DNA of 64,000 nt from a virus. The DNA lies in IMG/VR virus record IMGVR_UViG_3300045988_148972; one strand, written 5' to 3'. Positions 1 through 10,028 of the stretch are shown one piece after another (the first letter of the stretch is position 1; each line of letters opens with the position of its first letter). The position numbers were made by a program, and so were the translations under genes. Below the pieces are notes generated by a model. The model did no database searches and had not been told where the DNA came from. It saw nothing but the letters and a program-made list of their open reading frames with translations.

Positions 1-1
1 G

Positions 2-3000
2 GTTATCAACGATAAGCAGATTTCAGATGTAGCAAGACAGGTAGATGAAGGGGAATTTTCTGCCAGTGATGAACTTATACCAACGACGGCTTTACTTGTA
101 GGGAAATATATAACAAAGATTAGAGAATATTTTTTAAGTAAAGATAGGGAAGATCAGACTAAATTCTTGCTAAGGCTTATTGGAGGAGCAGAATTTGGAA
201 CTTATGCTTCAGGAATATCAGGAGCACAAATTTCTTCCGATGGAGCAGCAGAATTACTCAATTTATTGCTTCGTGGTGCTTTAACTATTGGAGATTATCA
301 GGTTAAAAAATCTGGTGCTAAAATAGACGAGCAGGGCGTTGCAGACTTACTTTCTATACTTGTACGAAACGGTATGGAATCAGCCAACTTTTCTACTGGT
401 GCTTTAGGTACTGGATTCTGTCTGAAAAAAGATGAAAATGGCGACAGTTACCTGGAAGTAGACCGTATGCTTGTCCGAAAGGTAGCTACATTTATACAGT
501 TGCTTATCCAGCAGATCAAGCATGTTGGCGGTCAGATTATTCTAACTCCGGCATCTATGTCGTGTGTTAAGGTAGAGGATAAAGGAGATTTCTATCGTTG
601 CTACTTTGAAAACACGGACGGAGAAAAGACAATAGAGCAGGAATTTGTGGTCGGTGATTTGGCTAGAGCGCAGACTTTTAACGTAAAGGAGGGTGTTAAT
701 GAAAATGTAACTAATACCTACTATTGGCGTGCTGTCGTAGGAACAGGAGATAACTATATAGATTTATCCAAAACAGATTGCGATGCAGGTTCTACCGAGC
801 CAAAAGCTGGCGATGATATTGTACAGTTAGGAAATAAGTCTGACGCTACACGTCAGGCAGCTATTATCTTGTCTGCATACGGCAATGATGCACCTTATTT
901 CAAGTTATATCGTGGTATTAATTCCTATTCTTTGGACGGAAAAGAATTTGTTTCTTTTTCACGTTCAGAAGTAATGATTATTGCCGATGCAATAAAATTC
1001 AGTTCCGGAGAAAGCGTAAAGGACTATATCGACAACGCGGTAGGGGAAGTCAATACAAAAGTAGACGATGCTATATCTGATTTATCTGAAAACATTTCAT
1101 TTGTAAATCAGTTATCTAAGGATTTAGAAGCTGTTAAAAACCAAATAGACGGTGCTATTGAAACATGGTTTTATGAACCAGTTCCTACATTAAGTAACGA
1201 ACCTGCTGTAAATTGGACTACAAACGAAGATAAGAATGTACATTTAGGTGACTTGTATTATGACGGAAACGGAAAGGCTTACCGTTTCCAGATGTCAGGT
1301 ACTTCTTATGTATGGCAGGTAATAACCGATTCTGATATCACAAAAGCTTTGGCTGACGCTAAAAAAGCACAAGACACAGCAGATGGAAAGAGAAGGGTAT
1401 TTGTAACTACCCCATCTAATGCTTCAGTGTATGATATTGGAGATTTGTGGGTTAATGCAACATACGGAAGCTACAAGAATGATTTGCTTCGATGCAAAAC
1501 GTCTAAACAAGCAAATGCTCAGTTTTCTATTGAGCATTGGGAACTTGCAACAAGATACACAGACGATACTAAGGCTAATCAGGCAATAGAGGATGCGGCT
1601 AACGCAAAAGCAGCAGCAGACAACGCACAAACTGATGCAAATGAAGCAAAAGAAAGATTAGATAGCTGGGCTTCTGATGGTTCTATTTCTCCAACGGAAA
1701 AACAGTCACTAAAAGAAGAGATATCAAGGATTGATGCAGATAAAACACAGATTGCAAACGGATATGCTAAGTATAACTTAGATACTCCTACAAATTACAA
1801 CAATGCACACACGGCTTATCGTGCTGTGTTGGTAACTCTTACTGCATCTTCGCCTGAAACAATCACTATCCCGTCCGATTTTGCTACAAAGCAAACTGCA
1901 TATTATACACAGAGAACAAATGCTTTAACTGCTATTTCAAATGCTGCACGTGATTATGCGCAAGGTATCGCCAACGACTTAAATACCTATAAGCAAACTG
2001 TAAGTTCTCAATTTGAGCAGACCAACAACAGCATTACTGCTGCTGTAACTTCTTCAAAGGAATACACAAATAATGCTATTAATAATATTCAGATTGGAGG
2101 AAGAAACTATTTTGCTTTTTCTAGGACTAAAATAAAAAATACTAGTGGGACAGGAAAATTTGATAAAAGTATTAATGGAGCTGTTTTAACAACAGGAAGT
2201 AATTCTACAAGCAAAGGAATTGTAAGATTCAATAACTTCGGTTTAACTGATGCGGGTGATTATACACTTTCATGTGAAATAAAAGCAACGTCTGACGTAA
2301 CTATAAAAATAGATATATGCGATTATACAATTCTTAATAATATAGCTGTTACAAACCAATACAAAAAAATAAAATTAACAGGAAGAGTTGCTGCTTACAT
2401 AAACGGTGTTGGTGGATATTACGGATTTGTAGACTTTGATGAAGTTTCTGATATTCCTGATGGTGTAAAAATTTACATAAAGAATTTCAAATTAGAATCA
2501 GGCAATAAAGCTACCGACTGGTCGCCTGCCCCCGAAGATTCAGAAAACGCTTTGACAGAATACAAAAAAGAAGTCACTGCACAATTCAGTGTATTGGAAG
2601 GCGAAATTAGCAGCAAGGTTTCTTCCACAGAAATGACCACAATTAAACAAGAAATTCTTAATTCTGCTGCAACTGATGCAGCAAATAAGGTTAATAGTAT
2701 TCAAGTAGGAGGAAGAAACTATGCTTTAGGTACAGGCACTAAGAAGGAAACTACTCCAAACAATTCTAGCAACCAACTATATAATCTATATGTTTTAAAA
2801 AAGGAATTGGGAGGAAATCATATATTTGTATCTGCTAAAGTTAAATTCGAGAATTGTACATTTAGCAGTAACAGTAAAGCTAGCCTACAAGGTAATGGTG
2901 CTATGTTTGGTTGGTCACCTAATTATACCTTTATTGCAGGAGGAGGACAAAACAAAGAATATATTGTTAAATGGGAAACAGACTTACAGAAACCATCATC

Positions 3001-5152
3001 AGATAATACAGCCTATATACAATTAAGATTAGATTATATTAATGGTGGAAAAGTTACAGTTTCTGAATTTAAAGCAGAAATAGGCAATAAAGCAACAGAC
3101 TGGTCACCTGCTCCCGAAGATGCAGACTCTAAATATGCTACAATTACGACTGTCGAATCTATGCAAACTGAGATTACGCAGTTAAGTAGCGAAATTTCAC
3201 TCAGGGCTTATAAGTCAGAAGTTACTGCCGTTCAGAACAACCTTAATCAGACTAATAACAATTTGTCAGCGCTGACTACACGTGTAAGCAAAGCTGAGAT
3301 AGCATTGCAGCCCGATAATATTTGGATTGGCATTTCTTCAAAAGTAACAACAACAACAAAGGTAAACAATATTGTTCCTGATAGCTGCTTTGATGATGCT
3401 AATTACAGCTTACTTTACGGTGGTGGTTCACGAGTTAGTGCGGCAACTGCTAACAATAGCTGTCCTACAAGTTATTGTATGAAGTCTACTCAACGTGATG
3501 TGCAAGCTAGAAATTACGTATCTGTTTCAGAAGGAGAAAAATATTACATTTCTGCCTATGTAAATGCTCAATTAGCTAATTATACTGTAAGAGTTGGACT
3601 TATATTAAAAAAATCTGACGGGTCTACAACTTGGATGTATAATAACGACACTTCTGTTGCTTCAAAAACTAGTGGATGGCAAAAAATATCAGGTTATATT
3701 ACAATTCCTGCTGGATATATAAAGGCTGGTATTTGGTTTCAAATTGATGGAGGTTCAAACTTTGGTTCGGCTTACTTTACAAAGGTATATGCATATAAGG
3801 TGGATGAATCCGTTAATCAAAACTATGCTTTATTGACAAGCAATGAAAAAAGATTGACTACTTTTAATAATGTAGCAAATCAAAGAAATACATTATACAA
3901 AACATCCGGTTTAAGAAAAGGAGATATAGTGACTATTTCATTTGAGTATGAAGCAAGTAATCTTATTTGGGACACAACAGAAAATTCATATTTTAGGGTT
4001 CAGTTTGACGATAAATTTGGTTGGACTGCTTATAATATTCCTAATTTAAAATCTAATGGTACAGGTAAAATTATTACTCCTCCCTTAACTTTAGGTGGTA
4101 GTGATACAAATATCAAAGATTCTAATATTGAAATGTGTTTTTATTACATTTCTTCTGTGTTACAAGACAATAAACCAATAGGTTACTTCCGTGTTTGGAA
4201 TATGAAAGTAGAAAAAGGCGAAAGGTCAACACCATGGAGTGCTGCACCTAGCGATTATTCCACAACAGAAGAGATTAAGGCTGGTATGCAGATAACCGAC
4301 AAGGGATTCAACTTCTTCGGTCAGGAGTTTAACTTCTCAGGACGTATATCAGTCGGAGATTTAGACCCGACAATTATCGAAAATGGTTATTTGCGTGCAA
4401 GTCTTATTAATGCCGATACACTTGTAGTTAAAACACTTAATGCTTCAAATACAGATGGTGTAAGTACACTTGTAAACAAAGACGGTCTAAAAATGACGCA
4501 AGGAAGCAATGTGCTATTTAAGCTGACATCCAATAAATCTACAGTAGGAACAACACGATATTACGCACAAATGGACCTTACAACGGCTTATTCGGATGGT
4601 TCTACTTTGCAAGGTACATTAACGCCCGAATCTTTATTTCTTCGTGGTAAGACTAAAAGCACTGACAAGACATTGAAAACTACATTGATGTATAATGGCT
4701 TGATGATTTATGATGAAAATGGTACAGGTCTTACTGTTAACACAAAAGGAATACAGCTTACATATTGTGGAAAAACACAAGGAGGTAGTAATGTTTGTGC
4801 TGTTGTTCATTATGCTAAGTGTATATTCTCTGTCTACATTACGGCGCAGGGACGTGTATCATATAATATAGGAGGAAGCATTCCTAATTCATCCGGAACA
4901 CCAATTGAGTTTTCCGTAACAAGGACAGGCGCAGGAAGATATAAAGTAACTCATAATATCAATGATTTAAGATATATGGGACAAATCACTGCTTTGTCAA
5001 ATGGAAATTTGACTGTAGGTATTTTTGAAAATAGAAATAGCACATCATTCGAGTACTCTACTATTAGCTTTAACGGAAGTGGATGGTATGCTCAAGATTG
5101 TGGTGTATATTTATCTATATATTACGAATCGCCTAAACTGTTTACATTCTGA
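2..5152 (+). CDS. Tail fibre / receptor-binding protein, 5' end truncated by the window edge
   Basis: The frame of the 167..5152 track ORF stays open back to nt 2 with no stop (VINDKQISDVARQVDEGEF...), so the gene enters from upstream. Very large. Ala/Asn/Thr-rich coiled stalk. Three tandem modules, each ending in GNKATDWSPAPED (twice) or ERSTPWSAAPSD. Confidence 0.75.
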   Translation, partial: VINDKQISDVARQVDEGEFSASDELIPTTALLVGKYITKIREYFLSKDREDQTKFLLRLIGGAEFGTYASGISGAQISSDGAAELLNLLLRGALTIGDYQVKKSGAKIDEQGVADLLSILVRNGMESANFSTGALGTGFCLKKDENGDSYLEVDRMLVRKVATFIQLLIQQIKHVGGQIILTPASMSCVKVEDKGDFYRCYFENTDGEKTIEQEFVVGDLARAQTFNVKEGVNENVTNTYYWRAVVGTGDNYIDLSKTDCDAGSTEPKAGDDIVQLGNKSDATRQAAIILSAYGNDAPYFKLYRGINSYSLDGKEFVSFSRSEVMIIADAIKFSSGESVKDYIDNAVGEVNTKVDDAISDLSENISFVNQLSKDLEAVKNQIDGAIETWFYEPVPTLSNEPAVNWTTNEDKNVHLGDLYYDGNGKAYRFQMSGTSYVWQVITDSDITKALADAKKAQDTADGKRRVFVTTPSNASVYDIGDLWVNATYGSYKNDLLRCKTSKQANAQFSIEHWELATRYTDDTKANQAIEDAANAKAAADNAQTDANEAKERLDSWASDGSISPTEKQSLKEEISRIDADKTQIANGYAKYNLDTPTNYNNAHTAYRAVLVTLTASSPETITIPSDFATKQTAYYTQRTNALTAISNAARDYAQGIANDLNTYKQTVSSQFEQTNNSITAAVTSSKEYTNNAINNIQIGGRNYFAFSRTKIKNTSGTGKFDKSINGAVLTTGSNSTSKGIVRFNNFGLTDAGDYTLSCEIKATSDVTIKIDICDYTILNNIAVTNQYKKIKLTGRVAAYINGVGGYYGFVDFDEVSDIPDGVKIYIKNFKLESGNKATDWSPAPEDSENALTEYKKEVTAQFSVLEGEISSKVSSTEMTTIKQEILNSAATDAANKVNSIQVGGRNYALGTGTKKETTPNNSSNQLYNLYVLKKELGGNHIFVSAKVKFENCTFSSNSKASLQGNGAMFGWSPNYTFIAGGGQNKEYIVKWETDLQKPSSDNTAYIQLRLDYINGGKVTVSEFKAEIGNKATDWSPAPEDADSKYATITTVESMQTEITQLSSEISLRAYKSEVTAVQNNLNQTNNNLSALTTRVSKAEIALQPDNIWIGISSKVTTTTKVNNIVPDSCFDDANYSLLYGGGSRVSAATANNSCPTSYCMKSTQRDVQARNYVSVSEGEKYYISAYVNAQLANYTVRVGLILKKSDGSTTWMYNNDTSVASKTSGWQKISGYITIPAGYIKAGIWFQIDGGSNFGSAYFTKVYAYKVDESVNQNYALLTSNEKRLTTFNNVANQRNTLYKTSGLRKGDIVTISFEYEASNLIWDTTENSYFRVQFDDKFGWTAYNIPNLKSNGTGKIITPPLTLGGSDTNIKDSNIEMCFYYISSVLQDNKPIGYFRVWNMKVEKGERSTPWSAAPSDYSTTEEIKAGMQITDKGFNFFGQEFNFSGRISVGDLDPTIIENGYLRASLINADTLVVKTLNASNTDGVSTLVNKDGLKMTQGSNVLFKLTSNKSTVGTTRYYAQMDLTTAYSDGSTLQGTLTPESLFLRGKTKSTDKTLKTTLMYNGLMIYDENGTGLTVNTKGIQLTYCGKTQGGSNVCAVVHYAKCIFSVYITAQGRVSYNIGGSIPNSSGTPIEFSVTRTGAGRYKVTHNINDLRYMGQITALSNGNLTVGIFENRNSTSFEYSTISFNGSGWYAQDCGVYLSIYYESPKLFTF

Positions 5153-5163
5153 TTTAAATTTTG

Positions 5164-5171
5164 TATATTTG
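5164..5171 (+). promoter_or_regulatory. Bacteroidetes-type -7 promoter box (TATATTTG)
   Basis: Exact match to the TAnnTTTG consensus, 17 nt upstream of the ATG at 5188 and just after the fibre gene stop. Confidence 0.4.
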
Positions 5172-5187
5172 TAAAAACTATTTAATT

Positions 5188-5466
5188 ATGAAAAAACTGA
5201 ATTTTAAAGCCGTTCCGACAAGGGACATCGAAGGCAACCTAGAGCCTAGAGATATTTCAAAAGAACTAGGAAACTTTATCTATCGTGAAACCTCCGACTT
5301 GGGAGAATTGGATTTGGCACAAAGAATCTACAAGGACGGAGAAGTGGAAGTCAATGAGAGTGAAGTAGAAATCATCCGAAGATACATGAACCGCGGATAT
5401 AAGGCATTTGTAAAGAAAGCCTTCGAGGAAATGGTTTCGGATGTTCAAGAAGTTCAATCTTTATAA
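5188..5466 (+). CDS. Hypothetical protein (92 aa)
   Basis: The track ORF 5161..5466 starts at TTG. The first ATG (MKKLNFK) is at 5188, after the -7 box. Acidic small protein with no recognised motif. Confidence 0.55.
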   Translation: MKKLNFKAVPTRDIEGNLEPRDISKELGNFIYRETSDLGELDLAQRIYKDGEVEVNESEVEIIRRYMNRGYKAFVKKAFEEMVSDVQEVQSL

Positions 5467-5479
5467 ATCAGATAAATAT

Positions 5480-6124
5480 ATGGATGTAAAAAATCAGTCT
5501 TACGGAAAAGTTATCAGTGCTTCTTATCAGCACTACATTACACTGACAGAAGTAGAAGATAAGTACAAGCCTATCTTCACTACTATCACAGTACCGTCAT
5601 GGGAAGGGCTAGACCAATTTGTTGAGATAGACGAAGCAGAAGCGGAAAGAATACGTACAGTCAAGAACGCTGCCAAAGGGAATGTAGAATATCCAGAAGA
5701 GCTGGTTAATCAAATGATTGGGCTGTTTGCTACTTCTATCAACACTATGAGCCTGACAGACGAACAAGCATTGCAATTCAAGAATTTATACCCAGCATGG
5801 GAAACATTTATTAACCAGAAACTTGAAAAAGACTACAAGGTATTGTACGAAGATAAGCTGTACAAGGTTAAACAGACTATCGAAAAGGTATTGCAAAATC
5901 AGCCACCTTCAATAGACACAGCAGCTTTGTATGAAGAAATCAATGAAGCTAATGCAGGCACACTTGAAGACCCTATCCCTTACAACACCAACATGGAGTT
6001 GTTTGAAGGGAAATATTATTCTCAGAACAGCGTCACTTATAAATGTACTCGTAACACAGGACAGCCAGTCTATGAAGACCTATCAGCACTAGTAGATATA
6101 TATGTCGAACAAGTAGAACAATAG
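5480..6124 (+). CDS. Tail-associated protein, paralog of 11539..12246
   Basis: The ORF in the track starts at 5441 and overlaps the upstream gene by 26 nt; ATG 5480 (MDVKNQ) avoids the overlap. The C-terminal block GTLEDPIPYN..EGKYYSQNSVTYKCTRNTGQPV..LVDIYVEQV is shared with 11539..12246. Confidence 0.6.
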   Translation: MDVKNQSYGKVISASYQHYITLTEVEDKYKPIFTTITVPSWEGLDQFVEIDEAEAERIRTVKNAAKGNVEYPEELVNQMIGLFATSINTMSLTDEQALQFKNLYPAWETFINQKLEKDYKVLYEDKLYKVKQTIEKVLQNQPPSIDTAALYEEINEANAGTLEDPIPYNTNMELFEGKYYSQNSVTYKCTRNTGQPVYEDLSALVDIYVEQVEQ

Positions 6125-6165
6125 TGTTATGGAATCATATTAGAGATAGATAAACATCTTCTCCT

Positions 6166-6206
6166 ATTTTTGTCCTTTATATACTATACATGGATAATTA
6201 ACTTTA
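6166..6206 (+). promoter_or_regulatory. Degenerate copy of the recurrent TTTTGTCCTT element plus a -7-like box (TAACTTTA)
   Basis: TGTCCTTTA at 6171..6179, then TAACTTTA 28 nt downstream at 6199..6206. Sits 16 nt upstream of ATG 6222. Confidence 0.4.
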
Positions 6207-6221
6207 CATTAAAAACAGATT

Positions 6222-6506
6222 ATGGAACAAAGAGAATTATCTTTCAATGAACAGAATGGATATTATATATCTGAAGAAAAAGTAAATGCAGATTATAATC
6301 TGCATATAGAGATGGAAGAAGAAAAAGGTTCTGTCGAAATTTATCAAAGAGGCAGTGACTCGGGAGAATATCGGCGTGTATATACACAAACAGGGTGGGG
6401 AAAAGTGGTGGACGCAGATTTCCAGCATGCAGTATATCCTAAATATATAAAAATAAAGGTAAGGAGTAAAGTCGTTATGGCTACTATAAGGGAGGCAGAC
6501 GTATGA
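6222..6506 (+). CDS. Hypothetical protein (94 aa)
   Basis: ATG ORF whose stop overlaps the next start (ATGA). No recognised motif. Confidence 0.55.
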   Translation: MEQRELSFNEQNGYYISEEKVNADYNLHIEMEEEKGSVEIYQRGSDSGEYRRVYTQTGWGKVVDADFQHAVYPKYIKIKVRSKVVMATIREADV

Positions 6507-6706
6507 ACAAAACATTACCTGTAAAAATAAAAATGTCTATATATCGAATTGGTTTTGGCATCGACTCTGGGATTGAGAAGGAGAGTATAACTGAAAATAT
6601 TCCCAGATCAGTTCCTATACGGCTTGAAACCGGAGAAATAATGTGTAGCGAATCCGGTAGCTACATTGTACTTGAAAACCTTTTACATAAATATAAAAAG
6701 AAGTAA
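6503..6706 (+). CDS. Hypothetical protein (67 aa)
   Basis: ATG ORF with a 4-nt overlap upstream and a 2-nt gap downstream. Confidence 0.45.
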   Translation: MNKTLPVKIKMSIYRIGFGIDSGIEKESITENIPRSVPIRLETGEIMCSESGSYIVLENLLHKYKKK

Positions 6707-6708
6707 AA

Positions 6709-7326
6709 ATGGAACTGGCATGTGATATAATGGATATAGGAACATTAGATATATGCCCTAAAGAAACATATTCGGGAATAGGTCATGTAATATATGTGAC
6801 TTATCCCGAAGATCTTGTGGAAAAACCTTTTTACGAGAATGGTGAAGCTGCTTTTTCACTTTCATCTTTTGTATTTAAACCTGGTAGAGGGGCATATCGT
6901 ATTTATATCAAGAAAAAAAGCGGAAGAATACAGTCTGTCGGATATGATAGGGATAAAGGATACAAGGTTAATCTGATGTTTACGATTGATCGTGTTTTAG
7001 AAAAATCATCAAGGCTGCTTCGCATATTGAAAAATAGAGAAGATGCGATATTTTTTGTTGATCGGTTTGATGGAGGATACTATGTTGTGTATGATCCGGT
7101 GTTCGGTACGAAAGTAAGTAATTCCTATGATAGCGGGAAAGCTCCTGATTCTGATAGAGGATATTCTGTTACTGTCACCTGTGATCCATCTAAATACTCA
7201 TTGACTAAGTGGGATGGAACTCTTACTATATTAAAGAGGTCATTGTCTTTTCTTTCTACTGAAGATGGTCGTCCGATATTTACAGAGAAAAACGAATATA
7301 TTTTGTCAAACAAAATAAAACTTTAA
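6709..7326 (+). CDS. Virion structural protein, divergent third paralog of 49386..49928 and 49960..50526
   Basis: Collinear similarity along the whole length (ACD.MDIG...YV.YPEDL...KGY.V.LMFTID...LRILKNR.DAIFF...GGYYVVYDP.FGT.V.N.YDSG..PDSD.G..VTVT..P..YSLT.WDGTLTI). Confidence 0.7.
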   Translation: MELACDIMDIGTLDICPKETYSGIGHVIYVTYPEDLVEKPFYENGEAAFSLSSFVFKPGRGAYRIYIKKKSGRIQSVGYDRDKGYKVNLMFTIDRVLEKSSRLLRILKNREDAIFFVDRFDGGYYVVYDPVFGTKVSNSYDSGKAPDSDRGYSVTVTCDPSKYSLTKWDGTLTILKRSLSFLSTEDGRPIFTEKNEYILSNKIKL

Positions 7327-7330
7327 GTAT

Positions 7331-8176
7331 ATGGCTATAGAAGATCAAGATGGTGTAAAAATTAGTGATATGCCCGATTTAAGTTCAATAACGGGTAAAG
7401 AATATTTTCCTGTAGTTGATTCTGCTGGTACAAACAGAAAGGTTGCTACATCATTGCTTGCTACAAAAACCGAACTTGAAGGCAAGGCGGATAAATCCGA
7501 AATAGTTGATATGGCAACAAAGACTTGGATAGGTCAGCAAGGTTTTTTGACAGAGCATCAAGATATATCTCAGCTAGCTACGAAACAAGAAGTTACACAA
7601 GGATTGTCGGGAAAACAAGATACACTTCAAAGCGGTACTACTATTAAAACCATTAATGGGCAGTCAATACTCGGTTCGGGTGACTTGGAGATACAGACGG
7701 ACACGGGAGGTATTTCGGATGCTCCATCTGACGGAAAGAAGTATGTCCGCAGCAACGGGAACTGGGTAGAAGAAACAACGGTAGACACATCTAATTTCGC
7801 AACTAAGACTGAACTTGAAGGCAAAGTAGATGATTCTGAAATTGCAGATATGCTGACTAAAACAGAGGCAGCTTCTACTTATCAGCCTATAGGAGATTAC
7901 TTAACTGCTATCCCTGATGAATATGTAACAGAAACAGAGTTGAACGGTAAAGGATATGCAACTACTACGCAATTATCCGATGCAGTAGCAGATAAACTAA
8001 CTAAGACGCAAGCGGATGGGTATTATCAGGCTACAGGTGATTATGCGTTAAAATCGGAGATCCCCGATGTAAGCGGTTTTATCACCTCTACTCAGGCAGA
8101 CGAGAAGTATGCTACATTAGAGCAAATTGGAAACATTGATACTATATTGGATGAAATAAATGGGGAGGTGATATAA
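7331..8176 (+). CDS. Tail fibre-like protein with internal repeats
   Basis: Repeated ATKTELEGK.D.SEI.DM.TKT segments. Thr/Asp/Gly-rich. Stop overlaps the start of the next fibre gene (TAATG). Confidence 0.6.
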   Translation: MAIEDQDGVKISDMPDLSSITGKEYFPVVDSAGTNRKVATSLLATKTELEGKADKSEIVDMATKTWIGQQGFLTEHQDISQLATKQEVTQGLSGKQDTLQSGTTIKTINGQSILGSGDLEIQTDTGGISDAPSDGKKYVRSNGNWVEETTVDTSNFATKTELEGKVDDSEIADMLTKTEAASTYQPIGDYLTAIPDEYVTETELNGKGYATTTQLSDAVADKLTKTQADGYYQATGDYALKSEIPDVSGFITSTQADEKYATLEQIGNIDTILDEINGEVI

Positions 8177-9594
8177 TGGGAACGACAGCAGACAAACTTA
8201 ATAAGTTAAAAGAAAGCAAAGCCGCCATAAAGGCAGCCATTGAAGCAAAGGGTGTAGAAAATGTAGGAGAAATCCTTTCAGAATACCCGGCTAAAATAGC
8301 AGCCATTCCGACAGGGGATGAATACGCCCTTGAATCGCAAATGCTGATACTGCCGGTACGCTCAACCACCATTACCACCAGTGAAGGAAAGACAGCGGCA
8401 ATAGCTACAAACGACCACATCAAGATTGTAGATACCAACCTGGAGCATTACACAGTAAAAGAATGGAACGACCGAAGCGTGGCAAATGGCTTTGACAACG
8501 AACTTATTGCTCCTCCTGTAGGCTTTTCTCTGGAATGTAACGGAATCAGAACGATATTGTATTGGCCGTGGCAGGGAGAATATTACGCCACGTCCGGCAG
8601 TACAAGCAAAGTATCAAACGGAATACAGCATTCAGTCTATGAATACGACCAGATGACCGGAGCCAGGGAAGGGACTGATTATCACGGCACGGCAGATGAA
8701 AACCTTGGTACTCACGCCGTAGGAAGTCACTTTGCTGCAGACTGGAGCGTAACAGTAACGGAAGATGACAAGCTTGAACTTTATAGCGGTAACACCAAAC
8801 AACGCTGGATAATGGAAAAGAATTGCGGCAATGTAGATGTTATGATAGCGAATAATTACGCCGAACGTCTTGAAGCCATGTATGTACAAAATGAATGGCT
8901 TCGCCACAGGTTTGCCATCTGTAGCGGCATAACATCTTCTGAAGCAGAAGGCACAATAACCGATGTGGAAATCCTAAATTCATCAGGCGTACAGGCTCAG
9001 GTAGGTGAAGATATGTTTTTCTTCGTAAACAGCCAGAACACAGGTTTGAAAGCAATGTACAATACAAATAATAAGTATTCAGTAAACAACGGATATTATT
9101 TCAAACCTGAATACGCTGAATGGCTGTACGAACAGCAGAAAACAAACGGTGTAAACATGAACGACACCGGAGTAAACTCCGCCAAACGACCTCTTCTTTC
9201 TCCGGGCGCAAAAGGAGCGGAAGCAATTACCGTTGACGGGTATTGGTATATCATTACCCCATACATAAGCAGACCGGGAAATTCCAGTACAAATTACGAC
9301 TGGAATATGGCAGATTCTCATGCTGTATATTACATCAAAACACTTGAAGGGAAGTATATGGCAGGAGAGAAAGAATTATATCCATACTGGACGAACAAAA
9401 GCATAATTTCAGGATTGATAAACTATCTTAACAGTTATGAAAAATGGGGCATACCTGGCGTTCTGGGCGGCAACGTCTGGAGCTGTGTCCGCAACCTTGG
9501 CAACTACGCATGGTATGTGTACATGGGCAATGGTACCTTGAGCAACTTCAACACGATCAACACCTTTAGTGTGGTGCCGGCCTCCGCTTTTTGA
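8176..9594 (+). CDS. DGR target protein (tail fibre / receptor-binding protein with a C-terminal variable region)
   Basis: Fibre-like N-terminus (ADKLNKLKESKAAIKAAIEAKGV). The last ~45 codons are the VR, matching the TR downstream. The C-terminal motif ..VWSCVRN..AWYV.MGNG....SVVPA resembles DGR C-type-lectin-fold variable domains. Confidence 0.85.
   Translation: MGTTADKLNKLKESKAAIKAAIEAKGVENVGEILSEYPAKIAAIPTGDEYALESQMLILPVRSTTITTSEGKTAAIATNDHIKIVDTNLEHYTVKEWNDRSVANGFDNELIAPPVGFSLECNGIRTILYWPWQGEYYATSGSTSKVSNGIQHSVYEYDQMTGAREGTDYHGTADENLGTHAVGSHFAADWSVTVTEDDKLELYSGNTKQRWIMEKNCGNVDVMIANNYAERLEAMYVQNEWLRHRFAICSGITSSEAEGTITDVEILNSSGVQAQVGEDMFFFVNSQNTGLKAMYNTNNKYSVNNGYYFKPEYAEWLYEQQKTNGVNMNDTGVNSAKRPLLSPGAKGAEAITVDGYWYIITPYISRPGNSSTNYDWNMADSHAVYYIKTLEGKYMAGEKELYPYWTNKSIISGLINYLNSYEKWGIPGVLGGNVWSCVRNLGNYAWYVYMGNGTLSNFNTINTFSVVPASAF
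9460..9592 (+). repeat. DGR variable repeat (VR)
   Basis: Gap-free 133-nt alignment to 10104..10236. All 12 differences I found lie at TR adenines. Confidence 0.9.
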
Positions 9595-9602
9595 TTTATC
9601 TC

Positions 9603-9632
9603 AGCCGTGCGGAGCACGGCTTATCAATTTTT
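9603..9632 (+). terminator. Perfect 8-bp GC-rich hairpin just 3' of the VR, followed by a T-run (DGR target-recognition hairpin and/or terminator)
   Basis: AGCCGTGC-gga-GCACGGCT at 9603..9621, then TTTTT at 9628..9632. There is no counterpart downstream of the TR. Confidence 0.6.
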
Positions 9633-9671
9633 GAATTAAAATATATTAACATTTAATACGCGACAATAGAA

Positions 9672-10025
9672 ATGAACAGATCCGGGAGGAAACATTTGGA
9701 CGCACCGATTATTCAGGATGTGATACGCCTGAATAATTGTCTCATAGAAATCAACAGCAAAGCTTATAAGGTCATAAGCAGAACATATATAGACCCTATG
9801 CTGAAGCAAGGCGCACTGCTTTTCAGCTACGCTATGCGCCAGGTCCGTGGAATGGACTATTATAAAAGAGCTACAGAGCTGACATACGAATTGCAGTTCG
9901 GAATATATCTGATAGTGGCTCTTGGAGGATGCAGCAAAGAGAAAGCGTCTGTAATAGACGTTTTGTGCGATAATATTTTATCTTCGCTTGCGAGGATAAA
10001 GAATGTCAGATCCGAAAAGTCTTGA
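9672..10025 (+). CDS. avd: DGR accessory variability determinant (Avd)-like protein
   Basis: 117-aa basic ORF that looks helical, sitting exactly between VR and TR, which is the canonical Avd position. Assigned from size and position, not verified by search. Confidence 0.65.
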   Translation: MNRSGRKHLDAPIIQDVIRLNNCLIEINSKAYKVISRTYIDPMLKQGALLFSYAMRQVRGMDYYKRATELTYELQFGIYLIVALGGCSKEKASVIDVLCDNILSSLARIKNVRSEKS

Positions 10026-10028
10026 ACT

